DNA from: Nitrospirota bacterium
GTDB lineage: Bacteria > Nitrospirota > UBA9217
DNA length: 64,000 nt
Reading direction: 5' to 3'
NCBI GenBank assembly: GCA_963749655.1
Contig: CAVVOB010000038.1
Coordinates: 64,001 to 128,000, forward strand
Shown: positions 30,256 through 42,013 of the stretch, piece by piece
Numbering within the stretch: the first letter of the stretch is position 1
How the letters are laid out: every line of letters begins with the position of its first letter
Notes under the pieces: generated by a model
The model's input: the letters and a program-made list of their open reading frames with translations, nothing else
What the model was told of the DNA's origin: nothing
Databases searched by the model: none
Program-made: the position numbers and the translations under genes

Positions 30256-33131
30256 GTGAAGCGCAAGATCATTCTTTCGCTTCTGACCGTCTTCATCATT
30301 TCCGCGATCGGCGCCGCCTTTGCGACCCTCTCCATCAAGAACACGACGGCAACCCTGAGCCGCCTTGTCAACCTGCACCAGATCGAAGACCTCCGGCAGC
30401 ACCTGGTCATGTCCATCCAGACCGTGCAGTCAGACCTCTATACCATCAATACCTCGCTGGGGCACAGGCTTGACCTCATCACCGACAACGTCACCAATCT
30501 CGAGCAGGCTTCGCGCAAATGCTCGGGCTGCCACCATACCCCGGAGATCGCGGCAAAGATCGAAGGCGTGCAGGCCCAGATCGATAAATATGAAGGAGCC
30601 CTGAGCTATTACATAACCGCATCGGCGAACGTGCAGCAGATCAACAAGCTGAAGCTCGACGCCGCGGCGATCGGCAACGAGCTGCTCGTCACAACCGGCG
30701 ATATGTCCCGGCAGGCGAGCAGCAAGCTCGAATCAATGACCCACGACGCCATGCGCAGGATCAGGCAGGCCTGGCTGATCCTTGCAGCGACCCTGTCTGG
30801 CGACTGTTGTTCTGGGGATCATGGTCGTCGTGAACCTCACCCGGTCGATCACCCGCCCCATCGACATCCTCGTCAACGCGACGCGGATGATCGCCGGCGG
30901 CGACCTCGGCTATACGATCCCGTACAAGGACCACACCGAGTTCGGCGAGCTCGCGCACCATTTCAATATCATGAGCGCGTCGCTGAAGAACGGCTATGCA
31001 AAGCTCGAGGAGGAGATCGGCGAGCGCAAACGGACCGAAGAGGCGCTCGTGAAGTCCGAGGCCTTTCTCAATACCATTTTCGACAGCATCCGCGATCCCT
31101 TCTGTATTCTCGACCGGGAATTACCGGATCGTGCGGGCGAATGAGGCCTATGCGCACATGAAAGGCAGGAAACTCGAAGAGCTCCTCGGAAAAGCGGTGC
31201 CATGCGGTTTTGCAGGGCAGCAACGATGTCTGCAACGACTGCATTGTCGGAAAGACGTTCGCGTCCGGGGACCCCTGCGCCAAGGAAAAGCCGGGGAACT
31301 CACTGCCGACGGGGTCAAGACGTGGAAGGCCATCTATACCTATCCCATCGTGGATATCGGGCGGCAACATCTCGCACGTCATCGAATACACCCAGGACAT
31401 CACGGAGCGGAAAAAGAACGAGGAGGCGCTGCGGGAGAGCGAGGAGCGGTACGCGCTGGCGGCGCGCGGCGCGAACGACGGGCTGTGGGACTGGGACCTG
31501 CGGGACAACAGGATCTATTTTTCCTACCGCTGGAAATCGATGCTCGGCTACGGGGAAAAAGAGATCAGCGATCATCCGGCCGAGTGGTTCAGCAGGGTCC
31601 ATCCCGAAGACCGCGACGAGCTGGAAGCGAGGATCAGGGCGCACCTGAACGGCAGGAACCCGCATTTCGAGGGCGAGTACCGCATCATGCACAAGGACGG
31701 CACGTACCGCTGGGTGCTGAACCGCGGTCTTGCCGTCCGCAGCAGCACGGCCAGGCCAACCGCATGTCGGGGTCGCAGACGGACATCACGTCGCGCAAGA
31801 AAGCGGAAGAACAGCTGGTGTACGACGCGTTCCACGACGCCCTGACGGGCCTGCCGAACCGCGCCCTCTTCCTGGACCGGCTCCAGCACGTCATCACCAC
31901 GTCGAAGCGCCGGAACGGCGCGCTCTATGCCGTTCTGTTCATAGACCTCGACCGCTTCAAGATCATCAACGACAGCCTCGGGCATACCGTCGGCGACCAG
32001 CTCCTGGTCGTGATCGGCCGCAAGCTGGGAGATTGCCTTCGCCCCGGCGATACGGTCGCGCGGCTGGGCGGCGACGAGTTCGCCGTGCTCCTGGAGAACA
32101 TCAACGATCTCACCGACGCCGTTGATGTTGCGGACCGGATCCATAAAAAACTGGCGGCGCCGCTGCTCGTCAAGGGGCACGAGATCTTTTCATCAGTCAG
32201 CATCGGGATCGCGCTGGGCGAGGAGCGCTACGAGCGGCCCGAGCAGGTCCTGCGGGACGCGGACATCGCCATGTACCAGGCCAAGGCGCGAGGAAGCGCG
32301 TGCTACGAGGTCTTCGATACGAAGATGCACGCCAATATCCTGGACCGCCTGCAGCTGGAGGCCGATCTGCGGGCGGCGGTGGACCACCGGGAGCTCGTGC
32401 TGTGCTATCAGCCCATCATCGATCTGAGAACGCAGCAGCTGACCGGCTTCGAGGCCCTCGTGCGCTGGAACCATCCGAGGCGGGGCATGATCTATCCCCT
32501 GGAATTCATCCCCCTCGCCGAGGAGAACGGACTGATCGGCCACATCGGGGAATGGATCCTGTTCGAAGCCTGCCGCGAGCTCAAACTGCTCCAGGAGCGG
32601 CACGCCGCGCAGCCGCCGCTCACGATGAGCATCAACATTTCGAGCAGGCAGTTCGCCCAGCCCGACCTCGTATCAAAACTGACGGGATTCCTGAAGGAGA
32701 CCGGCGTGGATCCGCACTGTCTGGCGCTCGAGCTTACGGAGAGCATGATCATGGACAACGTGGACGATGCGGTGAAGATCATGAACGAGCTGAGGGACAT
32801 GGGGATCCGGATCCACATCGACGACTTCGGCACGGGCTATTCCTCGCTCAGCTACCTGCACCGGTTCCCCATCAACGCGCTCAAGATCGACCGCAGCTTC
32901 GTGAACAAGCTCTCCGCGGACGGGGGAAACCGGGAAGTTATCCTGTCGATCATTTCGCTGGCCAACAGCATGCACTTCGATGTCATCGCCGAGGGGGTGG
33001 AGCTGGAGCACCAGCTGGCGAACATCCGGGAAATGCAGTGCACCTACGGCCAGGGATACCTCTTTGCCCATCCCATGGAATTCGGCGATGTGGAAGACTG
33101 GCTTCGGGAATACAATCACCGGCGGGTTTGA
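30256..33131 (+). CDS. Membrane diguanylate cyclase/phosphodiesterase (CxxCH sensor, HAMP, PAS, GGDEF, EAL; multiple frameshifts)
   Basis: CSGCHH, HDALTGLPNR, RLGGDEF, GFEALVRW, DDFGTGYSSL. Confidence 0.88.
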
Positions 33132-33164
33132 GGGCTTCGCGTCCGTCCTTCCGCCGTCATCCGA

Positions 33165-34223
33165 TCACGCCCCTTTATCGGCCGTCCGCATGATCTCTTT
33201 TAACGTTGCGATAAAGTCGACCCCGCGGTCCTTGCGGAATCGACCCACGATCTCGTCGCGTTGTGCACGAAACCGCTGGTATCCGGACCGCCGCGCGCGG
33301 GCTATTTCCTCCCAGTCCTGGTGGAGGACAAGGTCCTCGTAGGCTTTTCTGATCTCCGGATACAGGATCCGTCTGTACCCGTCGGTCAGGGCGATGGTGA
33401 GCCCGAGCGCTGCCTGGTCGCGGTCGTGAATGATCCTGCTGTAGGGCCCCTGCTCGGATGTGTCGGCAAGCAGATCCTTGAGGGCGCGCAGATAGTGCTC
33501 CAGCTGGCGGTCTCCCGCGACCTGCAGCAGGATATGCTTCCATTCCGGGACTTCTTCCGCAGCTTCAGCGACCTCATGGGCCAGCAGGATTTCGGCATAG
33601 CGTCCGGCCAACTCTTCCATACGCAGTTGAAAGGTGCTGTCGATGATCTGGCGCTTGGGAAAACCGTAGCGGGTGAATGCGTCCTCGAGCGCCGACCCCT
33701 TGCGCGCGTCGAGTTCTCCATGCTTGTACAAAAGCAGCATTACGAGAGGCTCAATGCGGAGAAAGACGGTTTTTTCCTGCTGCATGCCCGGACTCGAGAA
33801 CAGGTCGCGCACTAGTTCTCTCCCCGCCGTATAGACGGCCAGACCCGCGACCTCGCGGACGGACCGCAGCTCGGCAAGAAAGAAGGTAGGTTTCATATAC
33901 ATGGCGTAGCCGGCGCCGTAGACCAGATCCTGCCCAGCGAGCTCGCGGTTTATTTCGGCTGCCGCAAAAGGATCGAACCTTCTGTTGCCGATGGCGAGCT
34001 TCCTGAATTCCAGGCTCTCCAGCTCGGGCCATCGGGCCTCCTTCCGGCCGATCCATGCCGCGATGTCGGCGCGGTCGATCTGCGCCCACGGCTTGAGCCC
34101 TTGTTCCGATCGGTAGAGGTCCCGGTATCGCATCAGGAGCCCGCAAATCGAAAAGTATCCCCAGTACTTCGCATCGGACACGTCGCAATTGAATTTTATG
34201 TCTTCCTGGAGGGACCTTTCCAT
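33165..34223 (-). CDS. Conserved hypothetical protein (Sfum_1244-like)
   Basis: NCDVSDA.YWG.FSICGLLMR.RDLY N-terminus, KPTFFLAEL, HEVAE. Confidence 0.65.
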   Translation of the reverse strand: MERSLQEDIKFNCDVSDAKYWGYFSICGLLMRYRDLYRSEQGLKPWAQIDRADIAAWIGRKEARWPELESLEFRKLAIGNRRFDPFAAAEINRELAGQDLVYGAGYAMYMKPTFFLAELRSVREVAGLAVYTAGRELVRDLFSSPGMQQEKTVFLRIEPLVMLLLYKHGELDARKGSALEDAFTRYGFPKRQIIDSTFQLRMEELAGRYAEILLAHEVAEAAEEVPEWKHILLQVAGDRQLEHYLRALKDLLADTSEQGPYSRIIHDRDQAALGLTIALTDGYRRILYPEIRKAYEDLVLHQDWEEIARARRSGYQRFRAQRDEIVGRFRKDRGVDFIATLKEIMRTADKGA

Positions 34224-34372
34224 GGCTTCCTCTTTTCATCCGCCTTGTCCATTATTCCTCAATTGCCGGGAAAAGTAAATGGCGGAGTAAGGCTTCAGGG
34301 GCTAAAAAGTCCTTGCAACACCTGAAAAAATAAACTATAATTCACAAATCCCTTCAGACAGGTAGTGCCGTC

Positions 34373-35446
34373 ATGTCCAATCAGAACATTCAGGAACTGC
34401 GTAAAAAGATCGACGATATCGACAACCGGCTCGTTGACCTGCTCAACGAGCGCGCCCGGATCGTGATCGAAATCGGCGACATCAAGAAGACCCGGAAACT
34501 TGATTTCCATTCTCCGTCGCGGGAGCGGGAGATCCTGGAGCGCCTGGCAGGGCGCAACACCGGCCCCTTCCCGCAGGACACGCTGCGGGCGGTGTACCGG
34601 GAGATCCTTTCCTCGTCCCTGTCCCTCGAGCGGCCGCTGAAAGTCGCCTACCTCGGCCCCCGCGCCACGTTCACGCACATGGCCGGCATGCAGCAGTTCG
34701 GCCTGGCTGCGCAGTACGTTCCGGTAGAGAGCATCAGGGACGTGTTCAGCGAAGTCGAGCGCGGCAGGGCGGATTACGGTGTCGTGCCCATCGAAAATTC
34801 CTCGTCCGGCGCCGTGATCTATACGCTCGACATGTTCATCGACTCGGACCTGAAGATTTCGGCCGAGATCCTGCTCGAGGTATCGCAGCACCTCCTGAAC
34901 AAGTCGGGCAGGTCCGAAGAAATCAAGAAGATCTACACCATCCCCCCCGCCGCAGCGCAATGCCGGCAATGGCTTGAAAAAAACCTGCCCGGAGTGCCGG
35001 TCATGGACGCGCCGAGCACGGCCCGGGCCGCCGAGATGGCGGCCGATGACGCCACGGCCGGGGCCATCGCCAGCGAGATGGCAGCGGTGCTTTACGGGCT
35101 GCAGATCGCGGGCAAGAAGATCGAGGACAGCACCAGCAACATCACGCGGTTCCTCGTCATCGCCCCCAAATCCCCGGGGCGGACGGGCCATGACAAGACG
35201 TCGATCATGTTCTCGATCAAGGACAAGGTGGGCGCGCTCTACACCATGCTTGCGCCCTTTGCCGAAAGCGGCATCAACCTGAACAGGCTCGATGCCCGGC
35301 CGTCGGGGCGGAAGGTCTGGGATTACGTGTTTTTCCTCGATATGGAAGGCCACATCGAAGACGAGAAGGTCGCCGCCGCGATCGAGCGTCTGAGAAACGA
35401 CTGCATGTTCCTGAAGGTTCTGGGGTCCTATCCGAAGAGTCAATAA
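34373..35446 (+). CDS. pheA: Chorismate mutase/prephenate dehydratase
   Basis: CM domain, VAYLGP, GVVPIENS, NITRF, ACT domain. Confidence 0.95.
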   Translation: MSNQNIQELRKKIDDIDNRLVDLLNERARIVIEIGDIKKTRKLDFHSPSREREILERLAGRNTGPFPQDTLRAVYREILSSSLSLERPLKVAYLGPRATFTHMAGMQQFGLAAQYVPVESIRDVFSEVERGRADYGVVPIENSSSGAVIYTLDMFIDSDLKISAEILLEVSQHLLNKSGRSEEIKKIYTIPPAAAQCRQWLEKNLPGVPVMDAPSTARAAEMAADDATAGAIASEMAAVLYGLQIAGKKIEDSTSNITRFLVIAPKSPGRTGHDKTSIMFSIKDKVGALYTMLAPFAESGINLNRLDARPSGRKVWDYVFFLDMEGHIEDEKVAAAIERLRNDCMFLKVLGSYPKSQ

Positions 35447-35452
35447 GCCTCA

Positions 35453-35483
35453 AATGCGGAATGCGGAGTTCGGAATGCGGAAT
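35453..35483 (+). repeat. Heptamer tandem repeat (AATGCGG)n
   Basis: Begins 7 nt after the pheA stop. Confidence 0.8.
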
Positions 35484-35533
35484 AGATTCCGGGAATCCGT
35501 AATACGCTATTCAAATATAACGGAGTCGCAATC

Positions 35534-36610
35534 ATGATACCTGTTTCCGAAAACATCAAGACCATCTCCCCCTACGTCCCGGGCAAACCGATCGAGGAGC
35601 TCGAACGCGAGCTCGGGATCAGCGGGAGCATCAAGCTCGCCTCGAACGAGAACCCCCTCGGCCCGTCGCCCAAGGCCATTGCGGCGATCAAGAAAACGCT
35701 CGAAGGCCTGAACCGGTATCCCGACGGGAGCGGGTTCTATCTCTCCGAGGCCCTGGCAAAAAAATATGAGGTCGCTCTTTCCCAGGTGATCCTGGGCAAC
35801 GGCTCGAACGAGTTGATCGAACTGGCGGTGCGCACCTTCGTACAGCCGGGGGACGAGGTCGTTTCGGCAGATCCGTCTTTTGTCGTGTACAAGATGATCA
35901 CCCAGGCGGCCGGCGGGACGAACGTGATCGTGCCCTGCAAGGACCTCCGGCATGATCTCGATGCCATGGCCGAACGGATCACCCCCCGGACCAGGCTCGT
36001 CTTCATCGCCAACCCGAACAACCCCACAGGCACCATGAACACCCGTGCCGAGATGGACCGGTTCATGGAGCGCGTTCCCGACGGCGTGATCGTGGCTGTG
36101 GACGAGGCGTATTGCGAATACGTCACCCACGCCGAATACCCCGACTCCCTGGACTATCTGAAGGAGGGAAAGAACGTGCTTGCGCTCCGGACGTTCTCGA
36201 AGATCTACGGCCTTGCCGGGCTGCGCATCGGCTACGGGATCACGACCCCGGAGATCGCGGAGCTCATGAACAAGGTGAGGCAGCCCTTTAATACGAACGG
36301 CCCCGGACAGGCCGGCGCGCTGGCCGCCCTTGGGGACCGCAAACACGTGGAGAAGTCGATCGCCCTGAATAACGAGGGCAAACAGTATCTCTACCAGTCT
36401 TTTCAGCAGCTCGGCTTGTCATACGTCCCCACGGAGACGAATTTCATCCTCTTCGAGACGGCGCTGGAAGCCAGGGACCTCTATGCGGCGCTGCTCAAGC
36501 AGGGAGTGATCATCCGGCCCATGGGCGGCAAGCGTCTCAGGGTCACGATCGGTCTTCCCGAGGAAAATAAGCGGTTCGTGTCGGAATTGGAAAAGATAGT
36601 AAAGGCATAG
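35534..36610 (+). CDS. hisC: Histidinol-phosphate aminotransferase
   Basis: [41 protein letters not shown]. Confidence 0.96.
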   Translation: MIPVSENIKTISPYVPGKPIEELERELGISGSIKLASNENPLGPSPKAIAAIKKTLEGLNRYPDGSGFYLSEALAKKYEVALSQVILGNGSNELIELAVRTFVQPGDEVVSADPSFVVYKMITQAAGGTNVIVPCKDLRHDLDAMAERITPRTRLVFIANPNNPTGTMNTRAEMDRFMERVPDGVIVAVDEAYCEYVTHAEYPDSLDYLKEGKNVLALRTFSKIYGLAGLRIGYGITTPEIAELMNKVRQPFNTNGPGQAGALAALGDRKHVEKSIALNNEGKQYLYQSFQQLGLSYVPTETNFILFETALEARDLYAALLKQGVIIRPMGGKRLRVTIGLPEENKRFVSELEKIVKA

Positions 36611-36680
36611 AGCAGAGGGTTCTTCCCTACCCTATGCGCCATGCCCTTTGCGCTCTGCGGATTTTTCGGAAAGGACCACC

Positions 36681-37694
36681 ATGATCATCGTCGTAAGACC
36701 TGATGCGACCCAGGAGCAGGTCGACCATATCATCAAAAAAATAAAGGACCACGGCCTGCAGGCCCATGTTTCGAAAGGAACAGAACGGACCATTATCGGC
36801 GCCATCGGAGATGAGGCGATCCTGCGGAGCGTGCCCCTTGAGGCCATTCCCGGCGTGGAAAAAGTGTTGCCGATCCTGAAGCCCTTCAAGCTGGCGAGCC
36901 GGGACTTCCGGCGGGAAAATACGATCATCGAAGTCAACGGACAGCAGATCGGCGGGACCAGGATCGCTGTCATGGCCGGTCCCTGCGCGGTGGAGAACAA
37001 GACCCTGCTCATCGACATCGCCAAGGAGGTCAAGGAGGCAGGCGCCAATTTTCTCCGCGGAGGAGCGTTCAAACCGCGGACCTCGCCCTATGCTTTCCAG
37101 GGCCTCGAAGAAGAGGGGCTCAAGTATCTTGCCGAGGCCAGGGAGCGGACGGGATTGCCGATCGTGACCGAGGTGATGGACCCGCGGGACATCGAGATGA
37201 TCGCGAAGTATGCCGATGTGCTCCAGATCGGGGCTCGGAACATGCAGAACTTCAGGCTGCTGAAGGAAGTGGGGATGTGCAAGAAGCCGGTGCTTCTGAA
37301 GCGCGGCATCTCCGCCACGATCAAGGAATGGCTCATGTCCGCCGAGTATATCATGGCGGGCGGAAACCACAACGTGATCCTCTGTGAGCGCGGCATCCGC
37401 ACTTATGAGACGGCCACCCGCAACACCCTCGATCTCTCCGCGGTCCCGGTGCTCAAGCAGATGACCCACCTTCCCGTGGTCGTTGACCCGAGCCACGCCG
37501 TTGGCAAGTGGGACCTTGTGGCCCCCATGGCCAAAGCCGCGGTCGCCGCAGGCGCCGACGGGCTGATCATCGAGGTGCATCCGAATCCCGAAGAAGCCCT
37601 CTGCGACGGCGAACAGTCGCTCAAGCCCAAGAGCTTCAGGCAGTTGATGAACGAGATGAAGCCGATCGCCGTTGCGGTGGGAAGGGACATTTAG
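36681..37694 (+). CDS. aroF: DAHP synthase (type I-beta)
   Basis: [37 protein letters not shown]. Confidence 0.95.
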   Translation: MIIVVRPDATQEQVDHIIKKIKDHGLQAHVSKGTERTIIGAIGDEAILRSVPLEAIPGVEKVLPILKPFKLASRDFRRENTIIEVNGQQIGGTRIAVMAGPCAVENKTLLIDIAKEVKEAGANFLRGGAFKPRTSPYAFQGLEEEGLKYLAEARERTGLPIVTEVMDPRDIEMIAKYADVLQIGARNMQNFRLLKEVGMCKKPVLLKRGISATIKEWLMSAEYIMAGGNHNVILCERGIRTYETATRNTLDLSAVPVLKQMTHLPVVVDPSHAVGKWDLVAPMAKAAVAAGADGLIIEVHPNPEEALCDGEQSLKPKSFRQLMNEMKPIAVAVGRDI

Positions 37695-37695
37695 C

Positions 37696-37772
37696 GAATG
37701 CGGAATCCACAACAACGAATGCGGAATTCGGAATGCGGAATTTGATCGGTAGCCGCAGGCTTCAGCCTGCGT
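37696..37772 (+). repeat. Heptamer array followed by a GTAGCCGCA REP
   Basis: GAATGCGGAATTCGGAATGCGGAAT then GTAGCCGCAGGCTTCAGCCTGCGT. Confidence 0.8.
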
Positions 37773-37811
37773 GAAAACGTTTTCTCGGTTATTGAATTTT
37801 CAGAATAAACA

Positions 37812-38675
37812 ATGTCCATATTTTTTAACAACGTCACCATCATCGGCGTGGGCCTCATCGGCGGGTCCCTGGCAAAGGTCCTGAAGTCTGCGGGGCTTGC
37901 AGGCTCGATCACCGGCTGCGGCAGGAGCAGGGAGACGCTCGAACTGGCGCTCAGGCTCGGCGTGATCGACCGGCTCGGCGGAGGGAGCGCGCACGCCGTG
38001 GAAGACGCGGACCTCGTCGTGCTGGCTTCCCCGGTTGCCTCATTTGAAAAGACCGTGGAGGAAGCAGGCAGGCACATGAAGAAAGGCGCGATCCTGACCG
38101 ATGTGGGCAGCGTCAAGGGCATACTCGTGAAAAAGATCGAGGACCTTCTGCCTGCCGGCGTTCACTACGTCCCCGGCCACCCGATCGCCGGCAAGGAAAA
38201 GCACGGCGTGGCCGAAGCAACGGAGTCGCTGTTTCGCGGCGCCAAGTGCATCTTGACGCCTACGGCGCGCACGGACGGCAAGGCGCTGGATGCCGTGAAA
38301 GCGCTTTGGGACGCGGCCGGCGCGGGTGTGGTCATCATGCATCCTGACGCGCACGACCATATCTTCGCCGCGGTGAGCCACCTTCCCCATGCGGCTGCCT
38401 ATGCCATGGTCAATGCCGTTGCCGAGTTCAACGAAGGGACGGACACCTATATCTCCTTTTCCGGGGGGGGATTCCGCGATTTTACGAGGATAGCAGCCAG
38501 CTCTCCTGAAATGTGGAGGGACATCTGCCTCTTGAACGGACCCAACATTGTCGAAATGATCGAACAGTACCAGTTCTCACTCAACAGGATTAAAAAGGCG
38601 ATCAAGCAGAAGAACGGCGTCAAGCTGGAACAGCTGTTCCGGTCGGCGAGTGAAATCCGGAAGGGGCTGGACTAG
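37812..38675 (+). CDS. tyrA: Prephenate/arogenate dehydrogenase
   Basis: GVGLIGGS, TDVGSVK, HPIAG, SHLPH, GFRDFTRIA. Confidence 0.93.
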   Translation: MSIFFNNVTIIGVGLIGGSLAKVLKSAGLAGSITGCGRSRETLELALRLGVIDRLGGGSAHAVEDADLVVLASPVASFEKTVEEAGRHMKKGAILTDVGSVKGILVKKIEDLLPAGVHYVPGHPIAGKEKHGVAEATESLFRGAKCILTPTARTDGKALDAVKALWDAAGAGVVIMHPDAHDHIFAAVSHLPHAAAYAMVNAVAEFNEGTDTYISFSGGGFRDFTRIAASSPEMWRDICLLNGPNIVEMIEQYQFSLNRIKKAIKQKNGVKLEQLFRSASEIRKGLD

Positions 38676-38678
38676 TTC

Positions 38679-39980
38679 ATGGGCGATATCCGGATACAAC
38701 CTTCGCAGGGTCTTTGCGGCGAGATCACCCTGCCGGGGGACAAATCCATCTCGCACCGGTCGGTCATGTTTGCCTCGCTGGCCGAAGGCGACACGCCGAT
38801 CACCGGTTTTTTGACCGGCGAAGACACGATGAACACGGCGAAGGCGATGCAGCAGCTGGGGGCCGGGATCGAAGGCCTGGGGTCCGACCGTCTCGTCGTT
38901 CATGGACGAGGGCTGCACGGGCTGGCGGAGCCGTCCGGGGTGCTCGACCTGGGCAACTCGGGCACCGGTATGCGGCTCCTGGCCGGACTGCTGGCAGGCC
39001 AGGATTTCTTTTCCGTGCTCTCGGGCGACCAGTATCTCAGAAAAAGGCCCATGAAGAGGATCGTGGAGCCGCTGCGCAGGATGGGCGCCGTTATCGACGG
39101 CCGCGCCGGCGGAACGCTTGCTCCGCTCTCGATACGCGGCGGCGGGAGCAGGACGAAGCCCCTCGATTATTCCAGTCCCATTGCCAGCGCCCAGGTCAAG
39201 TCAGCGGTGCTTCTCGCAGGCTTGAATGCCGGCGGCGAGACCTCGGTGACCGAGCCGGCAAAGTCGCGGGACCATACGGAGCGCCTCTTCCGGTTTTTCG
39301 GCATCGAAGTGCGGGAAGAGGGCGCGCGGGTGACGATCCGGGGCAGGCAACAGCTCCGCGCCCGCGGGCCGCTCGATATCCCCTCCGATATCTCGTCGGC
39401 TGCGTTTTTTCTGGTCGCCGCCTCCATTGTCAAAGGGTCGGACCTGCTGATCAGGAACGTCGGCGTCAACCCTACGCGCACCGGAATCCTGGATGTCCTG
39501 ATCGCCATGGGCGGCGATATCACGCTTCAGAACGCGCGCGAACAGGCGGGAGAGCCCGTCGCCGACATCAGGGTGAGGCATGCGGGGCTGCGGGCGGTTC
39601 AGATCGCCGGCGACGTGATCCCCCGGGCCATCGACGAGATCCCGATTCTTGCTGTGGCCGCATCGCGCGCCGAGGGCACGACAGTGATCAAGGATGCTGC
39701 GGAGCTGCGGGTCAAGGAATCCGACCGTATCGCGACGATGGCTGCGGAGCTCAGGAAAATGGGAGTGATCGTGACGGAGCGGTCAGACGGCATGGAGATC
39801 ACGGGCACGGACGAACTCAGGGGCGCGGTCTGTGAAAGCCACGGCGATCATCGCATTGCCATGTCCATGGCGGTCGCCGGTTTGGCTGCCCGGGGTGATA
39901 CGGCAATACGCGATGCTGCATGGATAGAAACGTCCTTCCCGGGGTTTGAAGGACTGTTGAAGCGGACCGCACGAATATAA
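38679..39980 (+). CDS. aroA: EPSP synthase
   Basis: PGDKSISHR, GNSGT, SAQVKSA, RDHTER, ELRVKESDR, DHRIAM. Confidence 0.97.
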   Translation: MGDIRIQPSQGLCGEITLPGDKSISHRSVMFASLAEGDTPITGFLTGEDTMNTAKAMQQLGAGIEGLGSDRLVVHGRGLHGLAEPSGVLDLGNSGTGMRLLAGLLAGQDFFSVLSGDQYLRKRPMKRIVEPLRRMGAVIDGRAGGTLAPLSIRGGGSRTKPLDYSSPIASAQVKSAVLLAGLNAGGETSVTEPAKSRDHTERLFRFFGIEVREEGARVTIRGRQQLRARGPLDIPSDISSAAFFLVAASIVKGSDLLIRNVGVNPTRTGILDVLIAMGGDITLQNAREQAGEPVADIRVRHAGLRAVQIAGDVIPRAIDEIPILAVAASRAEGTTVIKDAAELRVKESDRIATMAAELRKMGVIVTERSDGMEITGTDELRGAVCESHGDHRIAMSMAVAGLAARGDTAIRDAAWIETSFPGFEGLLKRTARI

Positions 39981-39999
39981 TCTGGCTCCAGGAGGCACA

Positions 40000-41277
40000 G
40001 TGATTATGAGACGGACCTTTCTTCTGCTCTTGATAGGCATTTTCTGTTCAGTCAGCACAATCGTTGCCGCCGAAGAAAAAAATTTCGGCCCGACGAAATA
40101 TGAAATCAAGGAACGGTACGGCCGAAAGAACCAGTATTCGGAAACCGTCAAGGCTCCTGCTGAAGGGGACTATGTCGTAAAATTGCAGAACGGAGAAAAA
40201 TCAGCCGAGCGGCCCGACCTGATTGCTTTTTCCGTGAACGGAAAAGCAATCGTCAAGGAAGCAAATTACAGCTACGGTTATCTTGCCTGTTTTCTTTCCC
40301 TGAAAAAGGAGAATGCCTTCGAGCTGGCGATCAGGGATTATACCCCCACGGGTTTCAAGAGACCGCCGGCCACGCCGCGAAACGCCGTTGTCGAGATCCT
40401 GGCTGCGCCGGTCAAGCTGTCCGGTATTGTCCTCGGCCTCAATGCCTGGGAGGACCTTGGCAAGTATACTGCGGCGCTTTTCAAAATCAAATCTCCTGAC
40501 GCGTTTTCTCTTGCCCTGTCGGCGGCGAATTTGCAGAACAGTTCAACCGACCGGGCTGCCGCCATGCGTCAGATCGCGGACCGAAAGGATCCGACGGCGC
40601 AGGATTTTATTTTTCATCTTTTCAGAGATACCATGAACAACCCGAACGTGCGGGCGGAGGCAGCCGTCGCCCTCGGGCTCTTGAATGACAAGGCAATGAT
40701 CCCGGCGCTGATCGATGGGGCGCTGGACCCTGATGAGCTGATCAGGATCGGCTCTGCTCGGGCGCTGTCCTTTTACAAGGAAGCCGACACCAACGAGCTG
40801 CTTGCCAAGGCATTGAAAGGTCTTGACTCCTATATGCGCAGCGCCGTGGTGAAGACCATCGTAAGCGCGGGCTGGAAGCCGGTGAACTTATCGATGGAAT
40901 TTTCCGAATCAACAGACCCGGCGATCGCGAACATGGGTATTGAGTTGATGGCCGGATCACAGGACAAGCGCATCGTTGACCGGCTCCTTCAATATCTGGA
41001 CAAGCCCGGCGTGCGCGACGTGAGGTTCGTCATACTTGCGCTCGGTGAATCAAAGGACCCCCGGGCCGTCGATGCCTTGTCGCGTATTGCCCGAGACCCT
41101 GAAAAGCGGAGAGGGAAAGAGGCAGAGCTCGGGACGGCCCTCGCCGCGCTCGGCGATCCGAAGTCCGCGGATCTGATCGTCGACATGCTCAAGAAGGCGG
41201 AAACCGCCCAGACGTACCGCAAACTGAGCGAGGCCTATAAACGTCTGACGGGACTGGATTATAATAAGAAAAAGTAA
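40000..41277 (+). CDS. Exported HEAT-repeat protein
   Basis: Signal peptide, beta-rich N-terminal domain, VRAEAAVALG / ALGESKDPRAVDAL repeats. Confidence 0.75.
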   Translation: MIMRRTFLLLLIGIFCSVSTIVAAEEKNFGPTKYEIKERYGRKNQYSETVKAPAEGDYVVKLQNGEKSAERPDLIAFSVNGKAIVKEANYSYGYLACFLSLKKENAFELAIRDYTPTGFKRPPATPRNAVVEILAAPVKLSGIVLGLNAWEDLGKYTAALFKIKSPDAFSLALSAANLQNSSTDRAAAMRQIADRKDPTAQDFIFHLFRDTMNNPNVRAEAAVALGLLNDKAMIPALIDGALDPDELIRIGSARALSFYKEADTNELLAKALKGLDSYMRSAVVKTIVSAGWKPVNLSMEFSESTDPAIANMGIELMAGSQDKRIVDRLLQYLDKPGVRDVRFVILALGESKDPRAVDALSRIARDPEKRRGKEAELGTALAALGDPKSADLIVDMLKKAETAQTYRKLSEAYKRLTGLDYNKKK

Positions 41278-41312
41278 GAGCCGGAATCCGGCCATAGGGT
41301 TTTCGCGGGGAC

Positions 41313-42011
41313 ATGAAAAAAAACGGACTGGTAATAGCCATTGACGGCCCTTCAGGCGCGGGCAAGAGCACGGCAGCGAAGCTCCTGGCGCGGCGTCTCG
41401 GATATCTTTACATCGATACGGGCGCAATGTATCGGGCCGTGGGCTGGAAGGCAAAGCGGGAAGGGATAGATCCCGCAGATGAGGTGAAGCTCGCCGAGCT
41501 CTGCAGTCGCATCGATGTTGCGATCATCCTGGACAAAGGCGATCCCCGGTACTGCGTGGACGGCCATGATGTCAGCGGAGAGATCCGCACGGCCGAGATG
41601 GGCATGATGGCGTCGGCCGTCTCAAAATCGCCCGCGGTGAGAAAACGGCTGCTCGCGCTCCAGCGGGAGCTCGGGAAGCACGGCGGCGTCGTGATGGACG
41701 GCCGGGACATCGGGACGGTCGTATTTCCCGATGCGGATGTGAAATTTTTTCTGGAAGCGAGCGCCGAGGAGCGGGGCCGGCGGCGGTATCGTGAGCTGAG
41801 GGCCGCGGGCGCGGACGTGGAGCTCGAGCGCATCACGCGTGAGATCGAGGAGCGGGACCGTCAGGACAGCGAACGGGCTCTTGCACCGCTGCGCCGGGCC
41901 GATGATGCCCGGCTGGTAGACTCGACTGCCCTGGATATCGATGCAGTCCTCGGAATCATGCTTTCCGCGGTGGACATGGCTCGGACTCAGGCGCAGCAGG
42001 GAAAAGGATAG
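41313..42011 (+). CDS. cmk: Cytidylate kinase
   Basis: IAIDGPSGAGKST, DTGAMYR, DGRDIGTVVFP. Confidence 0.97.
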   Translation: MKKNGLVIAIDGPSGAGKSTAAKLLARRLGYLYIDTGAMYRAVGWKAKREGIDPADEVKLAELCSRIDVAIILDKGDPRYCVDGHDVSGEIRTAEMGMMASAVSKSPAVRKRLLALQRELGKHGGVVMDGRDIGTVVFPDADVKFFLEASAEERGRRRYRELRAAGADVELERITREIEERDRQDSERALAPLRRADDARLVDSTALDIDAVLGIMLSAVDMARTQAQQGKG

Positions 42012-42013
42012 TT

